DNA of 7,149 bases from Geosiphon pyriformis uo1. Lineage: Eukaryota; Fungi; Glomeromycota. The DNA lies in contig JAAOMT010000156.1 of the NCBI GenBank assembly GCA_016748015.1, forward strand, positions 1 to 7,149, written 5' to 3'. A program made the translations under genes and the position numbers. Positions within the stretch are counted from its first letter, which is position 1; the number at the start of each line of letters is the position of its first letter. Positions 1 to 7,149 of the stretch are shown here, in pieces. Under the pieces are notes generated by a model that was given only the letters and a program-made list of their open reading frames with translations, was not told the DNA's origin and ran no database searches.

Positions 1-240
1 TTTTTTCTTATTACAATATTAACTTAGTTGTATTCTTCTGGTAGCATATTTTTACATGTAAAACAAAAAATGTTGTCTTATTTTTCACTTTATTTAAGAT
101 ATCCAAATTATTTTTAGTAGTAAGTCTTATAATAATAGCAAATACATGTCTCATATTTTTTTCTGGTGATTTACAAGCTCTTATAAATGAAAGTTTTTTC
201 TTATAATCTTTGCATTTAAGTAAAATATATGGTAATTGTT
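1..240 (-). pseudogene. Second, diverged copy of the Cys-rich pol domain from a related element; runs off the window edge
   Basis: LPYILLKCKDYKKKLSFIRACKSPEK-YETCICYYYKTYY*K*FGYLK*SEK*DNIFCFTCKNML aligns collinearly with PSYIPLKCINCKKKFLFMKA*VVLNENYWMQTCYYCKPCYQECFSYSK*QRK*DNELCLTCNKNL (about 6105-6300). Confidence 0.85.
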
Positions 241-279
241 GTTATAAGTGATTATTTGAGGTGTTAAAACAAATAACAA

Positions 280-726
280 ACCTGTAACTTGGTGTTCAAT
301 AGCTTGTATTGTTGGTAATATCTGAAGGTTTTTGTGATCTAAAGGTTTTGGTAGAGTCTTTTATATAATAAACAAAGATTTAATAGTTTTTTTCAGTAGT
401 TTTTCAGAATTATAATTCTATTAATTTTTTTCTCAGCTTGGTAATTGGCAATTCTTTGGTAAGTAATTCTTAAATTCAAGTGTCTATCCTCTTGTAAGAG
501 TCTTTTACCAGGCAATTTTTAATGTCAGTAACTCAGTACTTAATCTTTAATCAATTAGTAAACAACAAAACAAATAAAAAAAAAGAAAATAAAGAACATA
601 AAAGAAATAAGCCAAGGCAATTTGAAAATTAGTATCCTATTAATAGCTATAATTAAGAGTTATTGGTTCAGTATAATTAAATATTGATAATTATCAACAT
701 AAATTATTAATAATAAAAAGATAGAT
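280..726 (-). other. Probable 5' leader plus N-terminal fragment of a first (gag-like) ORF of a second element
   Basis: Lies directly after the LTR end. A T-rich tract (560-620) is followed by A-rich codon-like sequence (RLLQEDRHLNLRITYQRIANYQAEKKINRIIILKNY*). No diagnostic gag motif; the call is positional. Confidence 0.3.
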
Positions 727-745
727 TGTAATAGTAATAAGTATT

Positions 746-1031
746 TTTATTGATATTTGATGTTTTTATTTCAAGTTATAAAAAACTATCTTTTGAAAAG
801 ATGGATATAGAATTTAAAGCTAGAGGTTCTAAGTTAAGAATTCTGTCTTTTTTGTTTCTAACACTACTACTATATATACATAAATTTTATTGTATGAGAT
901 TTTTTGAATTTTTCAATTTTCTAATCAGAAATTTTGCAATTTTTTATACAAGAATCCTGTAATTCTGGAATTCTACAATTTCTTTGAGAGAAATTCTGAA
1001 ATTCTACTTTTATTATATCTATTCTGATTGG
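746..1031 (-). promoter_or_regulatory. LTR promoter and polyadenylation signals
   Basis: Minus-strand CCAAT (1027-1031), TATATATA (871-878), AATAAA (765-770 and 746-751). These are short motifs in AT-rich DNA, supported mainly by their order. Confidence 0.4.
961..1007. repeat. 16-bp direct repeat in the LTR U3 region
   Basis: aattctggaattctac (961-976) and aattctgaaattctac (992-1007), one mismatch. Confidence 0.75.
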
Positions 1032-1077
1032 TTAATTTATGTATTAATATAATTTCTATATTCAATGAGTACTATTA

Positions 1078-1089
1078 TTTTTTCTTTTT
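1078..1089 (-). promoter_or_regulatory. Polypurine tract (PPT), probably decayed by G>A
   Basis: Minus strand AAAAAGAAAAAA directly abuts the inferred LTR start. Confidence 0.55.
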
Positions 1090-1783
1090 AATATTGAGCT
1101 CTGTCAAGATTTTTTATATCTCCTAATTCTCTCTTTTTGATTAATTTCTGAAATTCTTTTTTAAGAATTACTTGGGTTATTTTAATCTGTAATTCTTCAA
1201 ATTGGGTGTTGATTATTTTTTTCAATTGATTAATGATAACTGTATGCATTACTAGATTAAGTAGTATTGCTAGTCAATCTTGAAATCCTGTATATAATCA
1301 ATATATGACTTATGTCTGTATAAACAAATTGTTCTTTCTTATGAATTGTTTAAGTTATTGTAGTATTGTTGTATTAAATAACTATTTTGTTTTATCAGTG
1401 TATAAGTTTTAAATATTCGGATTTTGTCCTAAATGATAATAACAAAAGTTTCTTAGAAATTGTTGTATTTACCAATTTCAAGTTTTTTTCATTAATTTTT
1501 GGTTTAGTACAGTTGTTTTTGGTATTTTTATTGATAATTTTACTTTTGCTATTATCTTATTTATAGTTTTTTCTGGTTTTTTGTGTATTTTGTATTGGTT
1601 TTTTTTTATTCTTTGCACCAAATGGTTTATTAGTTGATTGTAATTTTCAGATTTGGTTGTTAAATCAGTTGGAATAGTTGTTATGTGAGTAAGTAGATGT
1701 CATCAGTAATTTCTATTTTTTATTGTTGCTTTTGTCACATATATTAGGTCTTTATATATTATTCTGGTTGATCAATTTGACAT
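1088..1783 (-). pseudogene. Putative extra ORF, or pol C-terminal extension, of unknown function downstream of integrase
   Basis: ATG at 1783 is in frame with the integrase tail. Long codon-like stretches follow (MSN*STRIIYKDLI...TTIPTDLTTKSENYNQLINHLVQRIKKNQYKIHKKPEKTI...YYHLGQNPNI...LYTGFQD*LAILLNLVMHTVIINQLKKIINTQFEELQIKITQVILKKEFQKLIKKRELGDIKNLDRAQY*), ending at a TAA that overlaps the PPT. Several frameshifts must be assumed. Confidence 0.5.
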
Positions 1784-1894
1784 GTTTATATTGATAATTA
1801 TGATTGGCTCTAAATCTTATGGAATTTTATTTGGTTGAATTAGTATTTATTAGACTTTTAATTGTAAAATATTACTAGTAGATGATGATATTGT

Positions 1895-3090
1895 ATTGTA
1901 ATATGATTTTAGTCAATTTCTATGTGTTGTTTTAGCTAAAATTTTGTTGTTTTTTCTTAATTTATAAGCTCTATTTTCTAAAATTTTTTCAATATCAAAT
2001 AGTTTGTTTTATTTGAGGTCAAATTTTTTACTTCATTGTTTTTCTACTTTAGTATGATATAAGAGTATTTTGTTTCCAATTCTGAATTCAACTGGTTTAT
2101 TTGGTAATTGGTTATTAGATCATTTTTTTTGTTTTTTCTGTAACTTTTGAATGTTATTAACTGCTTTTCATCTTTTGTTTTCTAAAATTTCTATTAGTTT
2201 ATATGTTTTTTTTAGCAATGTTCTTTGGAAATTGGCTTCTGTTATTGATTTTATTGAATATGTGTTGATATTTATCTTAACTGGTAATATTTCTGTTTTA
2301 CTATAAAGAAGTTTAAATGGTATTGCTTGTATGGTATTTTGCTTTATTGCTTAATAAGCAAATAGTATTGATAATATAAACAAATTTTATTTGTTTTGGT
2401 TTTCTTGACTAATCTTGGCTATTGCTTTACACAATATTCTGTTGAACTTTTTGACTAAGCCATTGGTTTATAGATAGTATGGTGATGATAATAGTCTCTT
2501 AATTCCAAATTTTTGATTTAATTCTGTTAGTGTTCTGTTTACAAAGTGAATTCTTTGATTTGATAATAATTTTTTTGAACATTTATATTAAAAAATCAAA
2601 TCTTGATAAACAAATTTGGTTACAGATTTTGCATTTGCTCTTTAAATTGCTTTTGTTTCTGGCCATATAGTGAAATAATTTATGACTACTGCTATATAAT
2701 AATTGTCTCTACTAATTATTGTTAATAGTCTGACTAAGTTAATTTCAATTCGATCAAATGATTGTTCTACTTTAATTGGTTTTAATGGTTCACTGAGTCT
2801 TGTTTCTTTTCTTTTCTGATAAGTATTATAATTTTAAATATATTAGATGATGTTTGGATACATTAATGACCAATAATATCTTTTTCTAATATTTTTTATG
2901 GTTGCTTTTTTATAAAAATATTCTGCTGTCAAATCTGAGTGTATATTGTATAGTATTGTTTTTTTCTTTGATTCTGTGATTACTTTAAATGATTAATTTA
3001 GATTCTTTCTGTTTTTTCAATATAGTATATTTTAGTAAGTAATAAAATATTTTAATTGTTGTTTTATGTTAATTTGTTCCTTTTGAGATA
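1895..3090 (-). pseudogene. Integrase remnant (HHCC zinc-binding domain, rve core, GPF/SH3-like C-terminus)
   Basis: HSDLTAEYF...RYYWSLMY...NYNTYQK (decayed HHCC); FDRIEINLVRL (D>N 2738-2740); INYFTIWPE; LLSNQRIHF (D>N 2558-2560); SSPYYL*TNGLVKKFNRIL (E>K 2450-2452, exact D-35-E spacing); FRIGNKILL; K*NKLF (KWxGPF type); NRAYKL. Confidence 0.94.
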
Positions 3091-3194
3091 ATTTCTCTTT
3101 GAACTGTTGGATATTAATATAATATTGAAGTTGTAGATATTTTTGTGTGTTCATTTTTTGTTATATTTTTGGGTTGAAATGTTCTTAGATTTGT

Positions 3195-3560
3195 TTCATT
3201 TGCAACAAACTGTCAACATTTCCATTTTTTTTCTCTTTTTATAATGTACTGTATAACTAAATAGTGAAAGTTTTATTTTTTATCTTGTATGGCAGTCATT
3301 TCTAAATTTTTGTTTCTGGATTGATATCAATTCTTTATGATTAGTGTATACATCAAACTTTTGATTTAAATATTCTTTTTATTTAATAACAGCCCAATAA
3401 ATAGCCAAATGTTTTAATGCTAAAGTTCTATAATTTTTTTTGGCTGGGCTTAAGTTTCAGCTGGCATATGTTATTGGGTGTTCTCTTTCATCTGGTTTTT
3501 TTTGTGATAGTACTGTTTCCAATACTTAATCTAATATATTAGTAGTAATGACAAATAATT
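3195..3560 (-). pseudogene. Ty3-type RNase H remnant
   Basis: FVITTNILD*VLETVLSQ (TDAS...GAVLSQ type); EHPITYAS*NLSPAKKNY; LKHLAIYWAV; FDVYTNHK (TDH type); NVDSLL (ADxLSR type). Confidence 0.92.
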
Positions 3561-4490
3561 TGTTGTAATTTAAATAGATCAGTACTAGGGCTTAAATAAG
3601 TTTTTTTCTTAAAATATTGTAAGTTTTTGCTAAGCTTCAGTTCATTCATATTTTACATTCTTGGCTTGGAGCTGATGAAGTAATTGAGCCAGTTTGGAGA
3701 AGTTTTGAATAAAGTGGCAGTAGTATTTAGCAAATCCCAAGAATGCTTTTAATTCAATAAGATTTGTTGGTATTGAAAAGTTTTTAATGATTTCAATTTT
3801 TTCTAAATCTGTCTTAATGCTGTCTTTGTTTATGATATGTTCCAAAAACTTCAGTTCTGTTTTACCAAAGAAGCACTTGTTTGCATTCAGTTTTAATCTA
3901 GCTTTTTTTAATCTTTTAAACACTTGTTGAAGATGATAGAAATAATCATTAAATGTTTGGGAAAACATATTAATGTCATTTAAGTAGACTATTACTAATT
4001 TTCATAGTAATTTAGTGTACACAATTTCCATAAGTCATTGAAAAGTTGCTGGCACATTTATTAAGCTGAATAGCATAATATCAAATTCAAAATTTTTTTC
4101 TTATGTGGTAAATACTATTTTCTTATTGTTGACTGAATTTATGATTACTTGCCAATAACTACTATTTAAATCTAATGTGAAAAACTATTTCTTTTCTTCA
4201 AAAGCATTGAATAATTCTTGAATCTGTGAAATTGAATAGCTATCTCCATAAATAATGCTGTTGAGTTTTTTTTAATTCACACAAAAGTGGATTTTTCTAT
4301 TCTTCTTCTGGACTAGTATTACTGGTAATAACAATAGATTCATTGATGATTAAATTTACCTGTTGTTCAATATTTTGTTGATTTTTTGTTGGATAATTTC
4401 ATGACTGGTTAGTGGTACTTAGTATGCTCATTGTTTGATTAACATAGCATCTTCAGTCTTAATTTGATGTTAGATTATATCAGTTCTGCC
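3560..4490 (-). pseudogene. Ty3/Gypsy reverse transcriptase plus connection remnant (includes ORF 3642-3968)
   Basis: IKQ*AY*VP; PVILVQKKNRKIHFCVN*KKLN; FTLDLNSSYWQV (Asp codon 4170-4172); MLFSLINVPATFQ*LM (MPFGL-NAPATFQR type); VYLND (YLDD type, 3975-3986); LKLNANKCFFGKTELKFLEHII; ELKAFLGFAKYYCHFIQNFS. Confidence 0.96.
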
Positions 4491-5009
4491 AAATTCATTT
4501 TTGCTTACAAAGATGTTGATAAAATTATTGAGTAACATTTTGAGCTGCATACATTGAAGTAAGTCTAAGTTTTCCAAGTTTATTTGGTTTAATTGTTTTG
4601 ATTAAAGCAAATAATATTCTTTCCATTTATATATTGTTTGTGATATAATATCTATATATCCACAAAGCTGTAGAAAATCTGGAATGATGTTTGGTAATTG
4701 GCTTTTAACTTCAGTACTTAAATATCTAATGGTAGTTCTGCTTGGTATTTCAATAATGTCTCTAGTTATATTATAGATAGAAATTTTGATGTGCTTATAG
4801 TTTTTAGCTAATATGTAAAGATTGATGATTTCAATTTTTTTGATTTACAAAGAATAGATTCTGCTTCAAAAATTGGGGCTGGTCTCTTACTTTTTTTTCT
4901 ATTACTAACATGTGCTAGTTATATGGTGAAATAGAAACTAATTAATGAGTGAAGATAATTTTTCTCTTATCAAAAGTTTTTTTCTCTATTATATTAACTA
5001 ATATGTCTA

Positions 5010-5400
5010 TTTTATCTATTAATCTGAATCTATTTTTTGGCTGTAATCTTTAATTTTTTTCTTGTTTTCATTAACACTAACTGAGCTATTTTAACAAGAG
5101 GTAAGAATATTGTCTGTGCTATTTTTTTATTTGGTTTAATAACATATTTTTTTTCTGAGTTATTTTGTAGTATTACAATAATATTTTCTACATATCCTGC
5201 ATTAATTATTTTTTCTCTAATGTTAATTTCTTTTTTTGCTAAACTAGATCTTAATGCTAGTTAAACTATTGTTGTTACTAAAATTTCTAGGACTATTTTC
5301 AGATCTATGCTGATGTGTGAATGTGGTTCCAATTTGATGGCAGTTTTTCCAAAATATTTAAGATTAAACTTTGTATTAGTATTATGTACTTGTTCTGATA
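5010..5400 (-). pseudogene. Trimeric-type dUTPase domain remnant within pol (includes most of ORF 5261-5449)
   Basis: All five motifs are present in order: I TKFNL (AGFDL-type, 5360-5374), II RSS (5243-5251), III IINAGYVE (IDxGYxG-type, 5186-5209), IV KIAQ (5114-5125), V RFRL (GFGS with gga>aga and tca>tta, 5020-5031, after a frameshift). Confidence 0.88.
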
Positions 5401-5479
5401 TAATATCTTCCTTATTATTATTGAACCATTTTAGTTTCTGTTCTATCAACAGATATAAAAATACAATATATTGTTTGAA

Positions 5480-5580
5480 ATTATTATCAGAATTTGAATT
5501 GTTATTGTTATTGTCATATTGAATAAAGTTGAAACTATTGTTGTTGTTATTGTCAAAGTCTGAATTGGAATTGAATTTTA
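5480..5580 (-). repeat. Low-complexity (aac/aat)n tract encoding an Asn/Asp/Ser-rich linker
   Basis: Reads KFNSNSDFDNNNNNSFNFIQYDNNNNNSNSDNN in frame with the downstream dUTPase. Confidence 0.7.
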
Positions 5581-5639
5581 ATTCTAATTTTACTGTGCAT
5601 TTGCTAATTGGTTTTTTTTCTTAAAAATTAAATAGATTA

Positions 5640-6300
5640 TGCATGGTAGTAAATTGTAGATAAGATTACAATTATCACAATATTTAAAGATACTAAAAAT
5701 TAAGCAGTGTTTACAGAGTCTTGTATTTAACTGTTCCAAATATTGTTTTTATTTTTCTCTAGTAAGTATTAAGTCTTGATAGTATTTATAGAATTGTTTT
5801 AGATTGCTTAAAATATCAAAAAATACATCTGGATTGGAAATAAAAATAGTATCAACCAGTTTTGATGGGTTGTTTTTAATTACTAATATTTTGCTAGGTG
5901 ATGTACTTTCAATTTTGGCACTTGTTATTTACCAAATTTTGTTTTTGTTATGTAAATAACCATTTAAGTATGATAGTGCTCAGTTCTATGCAGCATTAAA
6001 AAACATTCTTTGGCTTACTCAGTCAGTTATTAGAATTGTGTATTGATATAATATGTTACATATTTCTTCTCTATTGGGAATATTATTCCACATTTTTTTG
6101 TCAAATAGGTTTTTATTACAAGTAAGACACAGTTCATTATCTCACTTTCTTTGTTATTTTGAATAACTAAAACACTCTTGATAACATGGCTTACAGTAAT
6201 AACAGGTTTGCATCCAGTAGTTTTCATTTAGCACAACTTAAGCTTTCATAAATAAAAACTTCTTCTTGCAGTTTATACATTTGAGAGGAATGTAGGATGG
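5640..6300 (-). pseudogene. Cys-rich putative zinc-binding domain inside pol, function unknown
   Basis: One reading frame with stops carries CINC (6268-6279), CKPC (6184-6195), CLTC (6118-6129), CKHC (5704-5715) and CDNC (5668-5679). A collinear paralog at 1-240 supports this frame. Confidence 0.7.
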
Positions 6301-6529
6301 TTTTTTTCTTATGTCTACTAAGTATAGTATATGCCAACTATTGGTTGTTTAACTGGTATTGATAGTGGCTTGTTATTTGTCCTTCTCTTTTTTTTTTCTT
6401 TGTTGTTCTATGATAAGATTGGCAGTAGTGTGTTGTAATCTTCTTTGGCTCATAAGACTTAATAGACTTTCTAAGTAGATTTTTTTTTTCTAATTTTATT
6501 AGTGGTTGTGATTAAGTAGTTTATGGTTT

Positions 6530-6868
6530 GAAATAACTACATATAGCCAGTATTTATGTGTGTTATCTATTTTGACTAAGCTGTAGCTTTTGAGTAATCC
6601 AATTAAGCATGGTGTTAGTCTTAAACAACCAGTTATTATTAATTAGCACTTAGTATTGTGTGGCTTTTATAACAAAAATTTTAATTGGCATAATGATACC
6701 ATTGACTTTAAATAAAAAGTTATCAATTTTGCCAATTGGAGTTTTTGTTGTTCTATTCACTATCATAATTCAAGTGCTGGTAGTACAATTAACTCAGCAA
6801 TCTAATTGGTCCATGAGTTGTCATGTAATAATACTGTTTGCTGACTCACTATTAAAGATTAGTTTGAT
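6530..6868 (-). pseudogene. Retropepsin-like aspartic protease remnant
   Basis: IKLIFNSESANSIIT*QLMDQL (FNSE at 6845-6856 = decayed LDSG active site) ... KTPIGKIDNFLFKVNGIIMPIKIFVIKATQY*VLINNNWLFKTNTMLNW (decayed hydrophobic-G-x-D-W-L motif). Confidence 0.85.
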
Positions 6869-6891
6869 AATTAAAATATGTAGTTGCTTTG

Positions 6892-6915
6892 CTGTAAAAG
6901 TCAATTCTTTTACAG
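6892..6915. repeat. Perfect 9-bp inverted repeat (hairpin)
   Basis: ctgtaaaag-tcaatt-cttttacag. Confidence 0.7.
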
Positions 6916-7149
6916 AAATCTCGTTTGTAAGCTATCCTAATAATTATAATAAAAAAAGTAAAAAAAATAAAAGAAATATAAAAGAAATAAAATGTTGTTA
7001 AGAGAATCATTTTCTATTCAGACCTAGAATTACTAATAGATTATTGAAATTGGTAGCTAATTAATTTTAAAACATTAGTTAAGTTTTGTAAATTTCAAGT
7101 AAAATAATTAAAAATTGGGTTTTTAAATATTTATTTTTATTGATTTGTA

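Larger units (their letters stand above)
727..1079 (-). repeat. Long terminal repeat (~350 bp)
   Basis: On the + strand it starts TGTAATAGTA (727-736) and ends TACTATTA (1070-1077): an 8-bp terminal inverted repeat, with the TG/CA dinucleotide kept only at the 727 end. It follows the PPT and carries CCAAT, TATA and AATAAA in the expected order. There is no second LTR copy in the window to confirm the boundaries. Confidence 0.65.
727..6868 (-). mobile_element. Degenerate Ty3/Gypsy LTR retrotransposon (PR - Cys-rich - dUTPase - RT - RNase H - IN - extra ORF - PPT - LTR); gag and 5' LTR not seen
   Basis: Minus-strand translation gives collinear remnants of PR, RT, RH and IN in the Ty3/Gypsy order (IN after RT-RH), with dozens of in-frame stops and several frameshifts at A-runs. 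Confidence 0.95.

Noticed and set aside
750-962. Supplied + strand 70-aa ORF
   Set aside because: Lies antisense inside the LTR; its Phe/Ile/Leu bias simply reflects T-richness.
1088-1895. Chromodomain or env gene after integrase
   Set aside because: No YLVKW-like chromodomain pattern, signal peptide or clear transmembrane helix recognised in the frames I read.
3560-4490. Prokaryotic RT system (retron, DGR, group II intron, CRISPR-associated RT)
   Set aside because: RT motifs and the linked PR, RNase H, DDE integrase and LTR are Ty3/Gypsy type; no repeat-spacer array or template/variable repeat pair is seen.
5307-5522. Supplied + strand 71-aa ORF
   Set aside because: Antisense shadow of the dUTPase N-terminus and the Asn linker.
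6030-6227. Supplied - strand 65-aa ORF (MKTTGCKP...)
   Set aside because: Alternative frame; the frame conserved with the 1-240 paralog is the CxxC frame.
1088-6868. Alternative genetic code or stop-codon readthrough explaining the in-frame stops
   Set aside because: The same stop codons replace different residues (W, R, Q), catalytic residues are also lost, and frameshifts are present; this is mutational decay.
6880-6930. Helitron 3' end or intrinsic terminator at the 6892-6915 hairpin
   Set aside because: The stem is AT-rich, no CTRR lies at the expected distance, and the context is eukaryotic retroelement DNA.
6660-7001. Supplied + strand 113-aa hydrophobic ORF
   Set aside because: Antisense to the protease remnant and ends in an A-rich tract; no independent support as a membrane protein.
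7051-7058. TGGTAGC(T) on the + strand, resembling an initiator-tRNA-Met PBS
   Set aside because: Only 7 nt match, on the opposite strand to the element and not preceded by an LTR-ending CA.

Overview
Very AT-rich eukaryotic (probably fungal) repeat DNA with no intact gene. Nearly the whole window is a heavily mutated Ty3/Gypsy LTR retrotransposon on the minus strand, read by translating by hand through stops and frameshifts. From right to left: T-rich leader-like DNA, an abrupt entry into an aspartic protease (no gag seen), a Cys-rich domain with five CxxC pairs, an Asn/Asp/Ser linker, a dUTPase, a second degenerate dUTPase-like segment, RT, RNase H, integrase, an unexplained ~230-codon ORF remnant, a polypurine tract and a ~350-bp LTR (727-1079). 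Left of the LTR, a second T-rich leader-like stretch runs into a diverged second copy of the Cys-rich domain (1-240), so a related element follows in the same orientation. Most catalytic residues are lost through G>A/C>T changes, and I found only three CpGs in 7.1 kb. The peptides resemble elements I recall from Glomeromycotina assemblies (e.g. Geosiphon), but that attribution is from memory and unverified. Only two of the six supplied ORFs (3642-3968, 5261-5449) are in the ancestral pol frame.
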